A stretch of 64,000 nucleotides of DNA from Macrostomum hystrix (lineage: Eukaryota; Animalia; Platyhelminthes): the NCBI GenBank assembly GCA_950097015.1, contig CATNEN010000041.1, positions 1,178,001 to 1,242,000 on the forward strand, in the 5' to 3' direction. Made by a program: the position numbers and the translations under genes. This document shows, piece by piece, positions 36,900 to 49,450 of the stretch. A model generated the notes under the pieces. It did no database searches. It was not told the DNA's origin and saw only the letters and a list, made by a program, of their open reading frames with translations. Positions within the stretch are counted from its first letter, which is position 1. Every line of letters starts with the position of its first letter.

Positions 36900-38954
36900 T
36901 TAAGCCGGCACCAGTTGCACCGTCTCTCCTTCGTCTGCTTCGGTGCTGCAACTCCGGCAGTGCCGATGAGCGTTCCGCCAGATGAACAGAGCGCAAACCG
37001 GCAGGACGCACATTGTGCATACGATTGCCATGGCTACGGCGGCTGGCCGCAGAACAGCCGCTGACGCGTTATCATCGGCGCGGAAGAAGGCGCAGTCCCA
37101 GGGCGAGCCTCCCGAGTAGGCCTTGGGTCCGGACACGCGGGATGCGGAGGCCTCCGGGCAGGTCGACGTGGCGAAACCAACTTGACGGCCGGCCCTGTCG
37201 AATTCGACTACGAAGCCCGAGAGAAATGTGGCACCTGTGCAATGTGCATTGGTGGAATTGTACCAATAATAAAATATCCCTTTTACTCTAGATTGAGCAG
37301 AACTGGGGGAGGACCCCTGTCCTCCTGGACATTGTCAAGGGAACAAAATTCGAGCTAATGACCGATGCAAAACCCGTCGGAATTGCTGCTAGTTCAAGGG
37401 AATGGAGCCCAGAGACTTTGCCAGCTAGGACCAAGAAAGTCATGAGGCCACACCGAGAATGGCTCCATGGGTTGTGCTCTGCAAACCGAACCGGAAGCAG
37501 GACCGATTCCCAGCCGGCGCATCATCAACCACCTGGCGCAGGTACTGGGCAGGAATCAGCTCCAGCTCCACTGTCTTATTGTCTGGCGTCACGAGGCTGA
37601 ATGTGACGGCCGGGAAGGCGCCGAGAAGACGCGACGTGGCCGCTGGAGAGCCGTCTGAGGCGCACAGGAGGCCCTGGCCATTGAAGAAGCGATTGCCGAG
37701 CTGCGGCAGCTGCACTCCGAGTTGCTGGGCGATGCGCTCGTGGACCCGAGCAGGCAGGCGAATGTCTCCCACACCCGAGTGCAAGATGGCCTTGTCCATG
37801 TTGTACTCCTTGCAGTCCATCCCGATTGAAGAAGCGCCAAGTTTGATGTCAGCAATCACTACTTCGTAGTACCTGTGAGGATAATCGAGGTGATCCAGGT
37901 GTACATAAAATGCAAATGATTAGGTATCTTTAAGGCACAGCTTGTCCTGTTATTTAACGCTGCAATTAGATCGAGGTACGAGAACACATCTACATGCTTA
38001 GTTACCTGCAAACTAGCAACAGGGGTCTGTCACGTACCAGTCCCAGCGCACAGCGGCATACAGCATGTCAGTTCTGTTGGCCTTGCCAATCCTGAGGAAG
38101 CTTCCAGCTCCTCCGCCAGTGCCGCAGAGCTGCAGGGAGAACACTACAGGAGAAGTCGATGCGCCAGTAGGCCCGTTCGCCAGCTGCTTCCCCAGCGTGT
38201 CCGCGAAGTTCCCGTCGCCGCCGATGGTGCGCGTGTTCGACAACCTGTCGAATGCCAGCCCGATGGAGGCCTGCCAGACGCCGCCGCCGGCCTGGAAGAA
38301 ACCAGAGCTTCGCTCAGCGATGCTGAACGCGGCTCGCACCGGCCCCGGCACCGGGCCGGGCAGGGAGACGACGTCCGTGGCCAGGTTGCCCTCCCAGAAG
38401 CCGGTGGTGTAGGGCGTTCGCACCAGCTGATGCTGCCAGGCCAAGGAGCTGGAGGCCTTCGCGTTAAACGTTGAACGCAGGCCGGGAGTGGCCACGCCGG
38501 CTGCCACGAAGTCGCTGCTGCCAGTGTCCAAGACGGCGGTGATCTGAGATGACGTGGGTTTCATATTCAATGCAGATCTGGAGTCTGTGAGGCTGAGCAT
38601 CTGTTGCAGTACGCTAGATTTGCTAACCAAGGCAAGAAACCCCCAGCCTGCATTCAATTAGCTTGAATGACTCACATTCTGTCCCGGAGTGCCCAGCGCA
38701 AGCCTCAGGCAGTAGGCGGCCTCCGGCCTGCCCGCAGTCAGGCTGCTGTTAGTCAGCTGAACGGCGCCGTTCTGCCCGAACACCTGGTAACTGTTCACTG
38801 ACAGCTCAGGCTTTGCTGGGGCTACGAATGTCAGGCGGCTCACTGGCAGCTGGAGGGCGGTGACCGCGCCACCTTCATGCCTCAGGTCTGAGCAGATTGT
38901 CAGCAACAGAGCCAGCTGGCCCAGGCAGCGTTTGATGCTCAGAAGGCGCCCCAT
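36900..38954 (-). CDS. BACE: BACE (beta-secretase/memapsin)-like A1 aspartic protease, type I membrane, 512 aa, second catalytic Asp replaced by His; exons 38954-38676, 38543-38038, 37872-37454, 37234-36900
   Basis: Signal peptide, LDTGSSDF, flap PYTTGFWEG, FSLQLCG, WYYEVVI, MDCKEYNMDKAILHSG, GFVVEFDRAGRQVGFATSTC and a C-terminal TM helix. Intron phases are consistent (1539 nt in total). Confidence 0.9.
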
Positions 38955-39589
38955 GCTACGAGCGAAGCTTGAGTCTGCAGTTCTCAAGTCTCCACTTCTT
39001 CACGGATACGAGCAAGCGGGGATTTAAAAATAACAGATTTCCCTGCAGCCAGCTTTTATGGCCTCGTAAAAACTCAGCGGCTACCGCGAGATTGCCGGCG
39101 CTGACTTGTTGGCACCTGAAAATTCGACAGCTGTTGGAGCCACTATTGACGAGCGACTGAATAGAATAGAAATCAGAAATGAAGAAAGAAAGTAGGAGTT
39201 GTTCCTGCAGCTTTTCGTTCCGTTTGAAAGACTCAATGAATCTCTTTGAGGCATAGATTTTCTAGTATGTGACTGTGATTGGTTTTGTAGCCACACACAG
39301 CCCTATTCCACAGTGCTTTGAGTGTTGGCAAGTGTTTTCAGGCGTCCTCGATAGCTGATTGGCTTTCTCTGGCATTGGGACGCACAGATTCAGCCCGAAC
39401 ATGTGTGGTGTACCCTTATACCCTAATGGATTTGTACAGAATGCTCTGCGGTGCCTGCTGCTAAGCAGATGAAGGACACTCCGGCATCAGTGTCAGAGCG
39501 GATCCTGGAACCTTAGAGCCATTGCTGACACCCGCCGACTTTCCCTACAAAATTCTGACCAAAACTCAATAAAGGTTTGAGTCTTGGAG

Positions 39590-40970
39590 AATTTGGAGCT
39601 CTTCTATGAGTCTTGGAGCTCTTCTATGAGTCTTGGAGCTCTTCTATGAGTATTGGAGCTCTTCTATGAGTCTTGGAGCTCTTCTATGAGTCTTGGAGCT
39701 CTTCTATGAGTATTGGAGCTCTTCTATGAGTATTAGAGCTCTTCTATGGGTATTGGAGCTCTTCTATGAGTCTTGGAGCTCTTCTATGAGTATTAGAGCT
39801 CTTCTATGGGTATTGGAGCTCTTCTATGAGTCTTGGAGCTCTTCTATGAGTCTTGGAGCTCTTCTATGGGTATTGGAGCTCTTCTATGAGTCTTGGAGCT
39901 CTTCTATGAGTCTTGGAGCTCTTCTATGAGTATTGGAGCTCTTCTATGAGTATTAGAGCTCTTCTATGGGTATTGGAGCTCTTCTATGAGTCTTGGAGCT
40001 CTTCTATGAGTCTTGGAGCTCTTCTATGGGTATTGGAGCTCTTCTATGAGTCTTGGAGCTCTTCTATGAGTCTTGGAGCTCTTCTATGGGTATTGGAGCT
40101 CTTCTATGAGTCTTGGAGCTCTTCTATGAGTATTAGAGCTCTTCTATGAGTCTTGGAGCTCTTCTATGAGTATTGGAGCTCTTCTATGAGTATTAGAGCT
40201 CTTCTATGGGTATTGGAGCTCTTCTATGAGTCTTGGAGCTCTTCTATGAGTCTTGGAGCTCTTCTATGAGTCTTGGAGCTCTTCTATGAGTATTGGAGCT
40301 CTTCTATGAGTATTGGAGCTCTTCTATGGGTATTGGAGCTCTTCTATGAGTCTTGGAGCTCTTCTATGAGTATTGGAGCTCTTCTATGAGTATTGGAGCT
40401 CTTCTATGAGTATTAGAGAGCTCTTCTATGAGTATTGGAGCTTGTATTTGAGTCTGCGAGCTTTTCTGTGAGTCTACAAGCTTTTCTATGAGTCTTGGAG
40501 CTCCTTCTATGAGTCTTGGAGCTCCTTCTATGAGTCTTGGAGCTCCCTCTATGAGTCTTGGAGCTCCTTCTATGAGTCTACAAGCTTTTCCATGAGCCTA
40601 CGAGCTCTTCTATAAGTCTACGAGCTCTTCTATGAGTCTACGAGCATTTCTATGAGTCTACGAGCATTTCTTTGAGTATACGAGCATTTCTATGAGTCTA
40701 CGAGCATTTCTATGAGTCTACGAGCTTTTCTATGAGTCTTGGAGCTCCTTCTATGAGTCTTGGAGCTCCTTCTATGAGTCTTGGAGCTCCCTCTATGAGT
40801 CTTGGAGCTCCTTCTATGAGTCTACAAGCTTTTCCATGAGCCTACGAGATCTTCTATGAGTCTACGAGCTCTTCTATGAGTCTACGAGCATTTCTATGAG
40901 TCTACGAGCATTTCTTTGGGTCTACGAGCTTTTCTATGAGTCTTGGAGCTTGTATTTGAGTCTGCGAGCT
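39590..40970. repeat. 20-bp minisatellite with a diverged, block-duplicated 3' part
   Basis: TTGGAGCTCTTCTATGAGTC and variants. Confidence 0.95.
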
Positions 40971-41619
40971 TCTCAATCAAGCTTTTTAGGCTTTCTTGGC
41001 CCTCATAACCTCCTGTAAGTAGTGTGAGAAAGGTATGCCAAATATTTCATTATTAACTAGATCCACATCTTGCGAGCCATTAGAAATCGGAGACATCAAA
41101 GGAAGTTACGTAACAGGCCGAGCCCCCGTGTAAGATGTCTGCGAACCGACCGCACCTCCACCTGACTTATCAGGCCTCATCTGGACAGGAAGCTGCTGAA
41201 GCTGCAATCAATATGATTGCGCTAACTCCGCCATTCTCATAGGCCGGCTGTGAACTGGACGGCAAAGCCAGCAAAGCTGCATTTCTTCAGCAGATTACAA
41301 GAAAACATGCGTTCTGCAGATTAAAACAGAGAAGGAAAAGAAATTGCTTTGGCACGTCACGCGGAAAGGATTCAGTGTCTATCTATCCCGGACTGGGAGC
41401 AGCCATAGTGGGGATCTTTCCCTCCCAAGCGTCCGTGCAGTTGTTCCCGCCGGGACTCTACTGCACTGAATGGGATATAAAGACGGCGCATGAAGAAAAG
41501 TGTCTTCTGAACAGATGAACCCGCACGGAAACTGTTCTTGATGAAGTCGTGGGACTGCTTGAAAGGGCGAAATATGGTTCGTACTGGTGTCTAATCGGTT
41601 TATCCTCCTGTCTAACCTG

Positions 41620-41848
41620 CTGGTGCCACTGTCTCGCCTGTTGGGGCCACTGTCTCACCTGTTGGTGCCAATGTCTCACCTGTTGGTGCCACTGTCTCAC
41701 CTGTTGGTGCCAATGTCTCACCTGTTGGTGCCACTGTCTCACCTGTTGGTGCCACTGTCTCACCTGTTGGTGCCACTGTCTCACCTGTTGGTGCCACTGT
41801 CTCACCTGTTGGTGCCACTGTCTCACCTGTTGGTGCCACTGTCTCACC
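41620..41848. repeat. 21-bp minisatellite
   Basis: TGCCACTGTCTCACCTGTTGG, about 10 copies. Confidence 0.93.
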
Positions 41849-42288
41849 GGTTTGTTCGGCAGTCAAACGGGCGCCAATCTCGAACAGTTTTGTACTCAAG
41901 CTTTGAGTACTCTTTGGACAAGTGCATCATTAAAATCTTCCAGTCCCGCCACGTTAAAAGTGCAGTAAGAGTTCGAATCGGCCGGATCAGCTCGGTGAGC
42001 CATTCGGAAATTGCTCCGACTAAACTCTCAAACTAGACCTGAGCAAAAACTCAATTGCCAGCCGAAGCTGCAACTCGCCGGCCAGTTAAGGGTTCGATTC
42101 CGCAGCTCTGGGGTGGTGGATCGAGACTTCCAAACTCTAGCGAGTCATTCGCAGAGTCACTCTTCAGCTTACAGACTCCATTAGCCCTGATACTTATCAG
42201 TCCCTTTGGTAGAGCGTCTCAGTGGGTTTGAAAATTCAGCAATTTCTTGTTCCCAAGTGGGTAAGCCGGAAGGCATCCTGCGACAACG

Positions 42289-42500
42289 CTGCCCACAGTC
42301 TGTCACACCTCATTCAGCACCCTGCATGAGTCACTGCCCACAGTCTGTCATACATCATTCAGCACCCTGCATGAGTCACTGCCCACAGTCTGTCACGCAT
42401 CATTCAGCACCCTGCATGAGTCACTGCCCACAGTCTGTCACACATTATTCAGCACCCTGAATGAGTCCCTGCCCACAGCCTGTCACACATCATTCATCAT
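42289..42500. repeat. 45-bp tandem repeat
   Basis: GCCCACAGTCTGTCACACATCATTCAGCACCCTGCATGAGTCACT, about 4.5 copies. Confidence 0.9.
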
Positions 42501-43287
42501 CCCTGTATGAGCCACTGCTCATGATGTGGCAGACGCATTAGTGTTTTGTCGTTGCCAGGCTATCGCGGACACCAACCTGCGTGATCAGAGCGGCCGATGC
42601 CCGGGTCTCAGGTGCTCCCAATGGCCCGGAGACTTTGCCCACATGCCCACATCATGCAGTTCCCTTTCTTTCTCATTCCGCCCAAGCGATTGAAGCCCTG
42701 TGATAAACTTTCCCCAGCCTCCAAGCCGGCCTCATCGCCCAGCACTTTGAGCAGTCTTAATGGGGCCGCCTCATCTGAAATCTTCCAGCCGAGTCGGGTG
42801 GGTGCAGAAGAAATTCAGCGACGCTGGAAATTGGCACTGAGGGGAGCGCTTGGGCGGGGCGCAGGCCGCGGGAGGGCAGGAGACAGTGGGGGCCGGAACT
42901 CGATTCCCGGGAGGCGGATCAGGAAGTCAGATTAGGGAGGCACTTCGCCCACCCCCGCCTCCGCAGCCAATTTTCCCAGAGAGCCGAGGCTCGCAGGTTC
43001 CTCTGCAAGAAAAACCGAATCAAATTTCCAAGAAGAGTTGCAGCCAATTTCTCGCATTCCCACCGAGAGCCTGAAAACTGCAGGTGGCTCGGTGGGAATT
43101 CCAGTCGATTTGACGCATTTGTCGAAATCTGACTCGTCAGCTTAATGAGTGTTCTCATGTGGAACCGCACAGGTGTGCCTTAGCAGCCGATCATTGGGCC
43201 TGGCTATCACATTTCCGCAGTCAATCGTTTCAGAAAATGTTTTATAGAAATAAGTCGCCAATTTTAATATGTATCAGTTGCAGCATC

Positions 43288-43700
43288 ATCTAACCACTCC
43301 CTGCATGTCTAACCACTCCCTGCATGTCTAACAACTCCCTGCATGTCTAACCACTCCCTGCATGTCTAACCACTCCCTGCATGTCTAACCACTCCCTGCA
43401 TGTCTAACCACTCCCTGCATGTCTAACAACTCCCTGCCTGTCTAACCACTCCCTGCATGTCTAACCACTCCCTGCATGTCTAACCACTCCCTGCCTGTCT
43501 AACCACTCCCTGCATGTCTAACCACTCCCTGCATGTCTAACCACTCCCTGCATGTCTAACCACTCCCTGCATGTCTAACCACTCCCTGCATGTCTAACCA
43601 CTCCCTGCCTGTCTAACCACTCCCTGCATGTCTAACCACTCCCTGCCTGTCTAACCACTCCCTGCATGTCTAACCACTCCCTGCCTGTCTAACCACTCCG
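43288..43700. repeat. 19-bp minisatellite
   Basis: TGTCTAACCACTCCCTGCA, about 21 copies. Confidence 0.95.
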
Positions 43701-44224
43701 TGATTTGAATCAATGGCGAGGTCGAGCATAGGGCGAGGGCGAGAAGTCCGGTGAGCACGCAGATAATTTCAAGTCCACGCTAGGCATAGCACATTCCAGT
43801 GTTTATGCAGCAGCTCTGCATAACATTTCTCTGGCTGCCACAAAAAGGCAACAAACTAGAAGATTCCGCGCAGCCAAAATCATTTCCGTTTAAGGCGTTT
43901 AAGACACTGCAGACACTACCCGAGTTTGAAAAACAGTTCTTGCACTAAGAGGCGCAGGTGGGCCGCTGGTAGCCATTCGACTGGAAGGGGGGGCAGGAGT
44001 TGAAGTCCACTCAGCCAGCGAATTGATTTGGCTACACTGTCTGTGGAATTCAGGCCGCATTGCCGCACCGGGGGCTGCGGCGAGACCAGGTCTGACTGCG
44101 CAAATTCTCGCCGTTCATTTTGTCCAGAGGGCTACGGTTTTGTTTATAGGCGCCGAGAGAAATATAAGTAGCATATTCAGCGGCCTAAAACTTCAGTGAG
44201 CTTTGAAATCTCTTATTTTAAGAC

Positions 44225-45825
44225 TTGTTTGTGAAATTTCGTGCTTGTGAAGTTTTGAATTTGTGAAGTTTCATGTTCTTGAAGTTTTGGGTTCGTGAAG
44301 TTTCTGGTTTGTGAAGTTTCGGGTTTGTGAAGTTTCTGGCTTGTGAAGTTTCGGGTTTGTGAAGTTTCGGGTTTGTGAAGTTTCTGGCTTGTGAAGTTTC
44401 GGGTTTGTGAAGTTTCTGGCTTGTGAAGTTTCGGGTTTGTGAAGTTTCTGGTTTGTGAAGTTTCTGGTTTGTGAAGTTTCTGGTTTGTGAAGTTTCTGGT
44501 TTGTGAAGTTTCGGGTTTGTGAAGTTTCTGGTTTGTGAAGTTTCATGTTCGTGAAGTTTCTGGTTTGTGAAGTTTCGGGTTTGTGAAGTTTCTGGCTTGT
44601 GAAATTTCGTGCTTGTGAAGTTTTGAATTTGTGAAGTTTCATGTTCGTGAAGTTTTGGGTTCGTGAAGTTTCTGGTTTGTGAAGTTTCGGGTTTGTGAAG
44701 TTTCTGGCTTGTGAAGTTTCGGGTTTGTGAAGTTTCTGGCTTGTGAAGTTTCGGGTTTGTGAAGTTTCTGGCTTGTGAAGTTTCGGGTTTGTGAAGTTTC
44801 TGGTTTGTGGAGTTTATGTTCGTGAAGTTTCGGGTTTGTGAAGTTTCTGGTTTGTGAAGTTTCTGGTTTGTGAAGTTTCGGGTTTGTGAAGTTTCTGGTT
44901 TGTGAAGTTTCATGTTCGTGAAGTTTCTGGTTTGTGAAGTTTCGGGTTTGTGAAGTTTCTGGCTTGTGAAGTTTCGGGTTTGTGAAGTTTCTGGTTTGTG
45001 GAGTTTATGTTCGTGGAGTTTCGGGTTTGTGAAGTTTCTGGTTTGTGAAGTTTCGGGTTTGTGAAGTTTCTGGTTTGTGAAGTTTCGGGTTTGTGAAGTT
45101 TCTGGTTTGTGGAGTTTATGTTCGTGAAGTTTCGGGTTTGTGAAGTTTCTGGTTTGTGAAGTTTCGGGTTTGTGAAGTTTCTGATTTGTGAAGTTTCTGG
45201 TTTGTGAAGTTTCGGGTTTGTGAAGTTTCTGGTTTGTGAAGTTTCTGGTTTGTGAAGTTTCTGGTTTGTGAAGTTTCTAGTTTGTGGAGTTTCGGGTTTG
45301 TGAAGTTTCTGGTTTGTGAAGTTTCGGGTTTGTGAAGTTTCTGGTTTGTGAAGTTTCTGGTTTGTGAAGTTTCGGGTTTGTGAAGTTTCTGGTTTGTGGA
45401 GTTTATGTTCGTGAAGTTTCGGGTTTGTGAAGTTTCTGGTTTGTGAAGTTTCTGGTTTGTGAAGTTTCTGGTTTGTGAAGTTTCGGGTTTGTGAAGTTTC
45501 TGGTTTGTGAAGTTTCATGCTCGTGAAGTTTCTGGTTTGTGAAGTTTCGGGTTTGTGAAGTTTCTAGTTTGTGGAGTTTCGGGTTTGTGAAGTTTCTGGT
45601 TTGTGAAGTTTCTGGTTTGTGAAGTTTCGGGTTTGTGAAGTTTCTAGTTTGTGGAGTTTCGGGTTTGTGAAGTTTCTGGTTTGTGAAGTTTCGGGTTTCT
45701 GAAGTTTCTGGTTTGTGAAGTTTCGGGTTTGTGAAGTTTCGGGTTTGTGAAGTTTCGGGTTTGTGAAGTTTCGGGTTTGTAAAGTTTCTGGTTTGTGAAG
45801 TTTCTGGTTTGTGAAATTTCGGGTT
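44225..45825. repeat. 16-bp minisatellite
   Basis: GTTTGTGAAGTTTCKG and variants, about 100 copies. Confidence 0.95.
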
Positions 45826-46954
45826 CATAAATATTTTTAGTTCGAACACTTATGAATTTGCAGTATTAAGCTTTCACGTGTTTCAAGATTCGCCAAGTTT
45901 CATTGTAACGAACAGCCCCCTGCCCAGCCCAGAAAACACTGGGTTTAACAGACTACGAGTAATACTTTTAGCAGCAGCGGCAGCCAAGCAAACTGGCATG
46001 CAAATTTCAGGATTCATTTCACAATCCGCTGGCGGCGCCGGGGCTGATTAATTATGGCTTTCCGACCTCGCGGGGTCAGGTGGCGGGCAGAAGAGCAAGC
46101 CACAAGTCTCGCATAGTTGAAATTTTATGACCGCAGAGCAGAGCACAGAGCTTGCTTTGATAACACTGCCGCATACTGCAGAGCGGCGACAAGTGGAACA
46201 GGTGCGGCGATAGAAGAGTGCATGTGCTGCGCAAAAGCAAGCTGCCTTAATAAACCTCACATGGTCCACTAAAGGATTCAAGGATAATTCAAGGATCGAT
46301 GAAACACAGATTTGGGAAAAGTGCATCAAGGATGGCTTGTAGATGTGTATATTGAAAGCTTCAATTCACAGCAACGGCAGTAGTGCACACATAACACTGA
46401 GTCCCACATAAATTCACTATGTGAGACGAATCGGTGAAGTACTCCTGGCTCGCCTGCGACTCGAGCACGCTAAATTAATAGGAGTTAATCGGATCAGGGG
46501 GACTGAGACAGGGGCCACTGACGTGGGGGGGGGCTGGCCGCACGAAAAGGGGAAAAACTGCTTCGCGAGGCGAGGGGAAAAGAAAAGTAGGGATTGTGGG
46601 GGGAGCAGGCAGGGGCGACTGCTTTTTGAGTGCGGGCCGAGAATAAAAGGGAGAATAAGTGGAACTGGGGAAGCGATGAGGCGGAATGGGAGTCTGCAGG
46701 GGCTGCTGGGGAATCCGGATGAAATCCAACTCTACTCAAACCTGGCGACTCAGGAAATAGAACTGAGCGACCCACCCGCGGCACACGCACCGAATCTGCA
46801 AAGCTGGAACTTGGCTCAGTTGGCGGTGCAACTTGGCACCTGGGACTGAGCCAAGCTGCTCTGAGACACCTGGGAGACGGTCTATTGACAGGCTGGAGAC
46901 AGACGACAGCCTGAGAGGCAGGGATCAAAGACTAAAGGACCGATGACTAGACTG

Positions 46955-47040
46955 TAAGACAGCGAGCTACAGACTGTAAGACAGCGAGCTACAGACTGTA
47001 AGACAGTGAGCTACAGGCTGTAAGAGAGCGAGTTACAGAC
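46955..47040. repeat. 22-bp tandem repeat
   Basis: GACTGTAAGACAGCGAGCTACA, about 4 copies. Confidence 0.8.
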
Positions 47041-49092
47041 TTTCAGACAGCAAGCTACAGATACATGATAACAGGCAGAGAGTGACAGATGTAACAAGCG
47101 AAAAAGAGAGAGCTAAGACACGGAGGCCGCAGTCGGCCAAATCGGAACGCACAAACTCTGTTAAATACATACTTCGTGCCCTAAAGTTCACCGGCGGATT
47201 GACCGCTGAAGCGTTAAAATCCGGGATTCCAGAGACACTTTTGAGTAACATTTCCGAACCATTGCGGTGCACAGCAGGAAAGGTGCAGATTAGGACGCGG
47301 CCCGTTTAGGGTGCAACGCGGCCTCTGTCAGCCGAGACTTAGCTAAACTCATTAAGCTTAGTCTCTGGCCAATCCAAGGCCCCATTAAGACCAGTCTAGT
47401 AAGTTGCTAAGCGACTTCTGACTCGCATTGAAGATTTATAGCCGGGACCGCTTAGCCGCTGCATTAGACGGAAGGTGTTGAACTTTTAAGGTCGAGACCG
47501 GCCTGCCGCTGAGAGGGGGTTGTAAAGCGAGCCAAGTGCCCCAGGAGGGGGCGGCTGACACCCTCTGTCAACTGAACACAGGCCAGGTATTTCTGCTTCA
47601 TAACGGCGGAGTGCGGGGCTGGTTGGGGCGGGAAACAGATCTGGCTTGTGGAACAGGCGGAGCAGCAGATGTCACTCTCCCGGCCAGTCCAAATCGCTGT
47701 TTTCACCCCGAGGCCGGCGTGTGTGTTTTTCCAGCCCAGCCGGGAACAAGCAGCCGCAGCGCTGCCCGCCTTCGCAGAATCCGAAGGCCTCGGAGTGGGA
47801 GAAAAAGGCACAAGAGGGCAGGCAGCCCCGCCCGCGACGACGCACTTCCGCAGCCCCGCACCCGCCGCGGCTCTCGGCGAACAGTGGGATGAGGATCCGC
47901 GAGCAAGCGAACAAATTATCCCCTTCACATGGGGAGTGAAGTGAGTGCTGACAGGCCACAGCAGCGCAGCAGTGCTCGTGCACCAACAGAGGGCCATTTT
48001 GCAGACGGCGCCTAACCCGCCGAGGGCAGGTGGAAAAGCAAGAAGAAGGCTTATCACTGGAGTTCAAGTGTTTCATTAATTTCACTGTCCACTGAGTACA
48101 GAGTCCACTGAGAGGAGCCACGGGCAACCGCGGGTGTGCGGCGCGTGTTCAGAAAAAAGCATCAGCAGCAGCAGCAGCAGCAGGTAGCGGCGGCACCAAA
48201 GGACTGGCTTAGTCATCAGCATTGGAGGCGGGCGTTGCTCGGAGGCCTGTCGGAGGCTGGGGCGGGGGCTAAGTGATGAATGGAGGCCCGAACCGCCACC
48301 CGCCTCAGCTCAGCTGCCCGGCCTTCCAATTATTCTGCGCGAGCCCGGGTCTGGAATCCCTCTGGAAGCGCTCACTCGGCGGCGCAATGGCCCCGCCATC
48401 CCCACCGACCCACCGAAAAACACGCGCGGGCCCGCCGTCCCGTCCCAGTCACTAATCAGGCCGAGAAAGTCCCAAGGAGAAAAATGCCTCCCCTTCTCTC
48501 CAGGGGGGAGGGGGGAGAGGGGCACGCGCCAGCCGCTGACTGACTGACTGAGTCACAGCCGCTGTGCACTTTAAGGCTGGCCAGCACTGCCCGCCGACGC
48601 ATCACGGAGGCTGAGGAAAAAGGCGGCGGCGGCTGCCAGGGCAAGTCAGCGTCGGGCAGTGATTTATAAAATATAAAAAATAAAGAGAACGCGAGAGAGA
48701 GAAGAGGATTTTTTTATCTCCTTGCGACTCGCGGCCTCGGGAAATCAGAATCGGAGGGGAGGCTGCAGCAATTCCATTTCATTGAGAGTTAGCGAAAGAG
48801 GCGGGCGGCGCGGCTCGAGTCTCGAGGCAGAAATGGCGCAGTCAGCGGCTGAGAGCTTCCGCCTGCGTGCCGCCGCCCCCACCCTGGAGTTGGGCGAATT
48901 GGGCACTGATTGAATTCCATTCACTTCGGGCCACAATGTCTGCGGTCAGTGCGCAAAAGATTCAGCTGGCTCGATGTTGGGAGCGGTGGGGTTTAGGGAT
49001 ATTTTTTTCAATCCAAATCTTTCACAAATCAAAGTTCATAAATTTCTCGGATCAAGGCCTGCAGAAATCGAACCCCTTCAGACTATTGAAAT

Positions 49093-49450
49093 CCAAGACA
49101 TACCTGAGCACAGAACTCCAAGACATACCTGAGCACAGAACTCCAAGACATACCTGAGCACAGAACTCCAAGACATACCTGAGCACAGAACTCCAAGGCA
49201 TACCTGAGCACAGAACTCCAAGACATACCTGAGCACAGAACTCCAAGACATACCTGAGCACAGAACTCCAAAACATACCTGAGCACAGAACTCCAAGACA
49301 TACCTGAGCACAGAACTCCAAGACATACCTGAGCACAGAACTCCAAGACATACCTGAGCACAGAACTCCAAGACATACCTGAGCACAGAACTCCAAGACA
49401 TACCTGAGCACAGAACTCCAAGACATACCTGAGCACAGAGCTCCAAGACA
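49093..49450. repeat. 25-bp minisatellite
   Basis: CCAAGACATACCTGAGCACAGAACT, about 14 copies. Confidence 0.95.

Noticed and set aside
41050-41600. Possible minus-strand exon(s) after a strong pyrimidine tract and CAG near 41315
   Set aside because: All frames close quickly and I found no recognisable product or partner exons.
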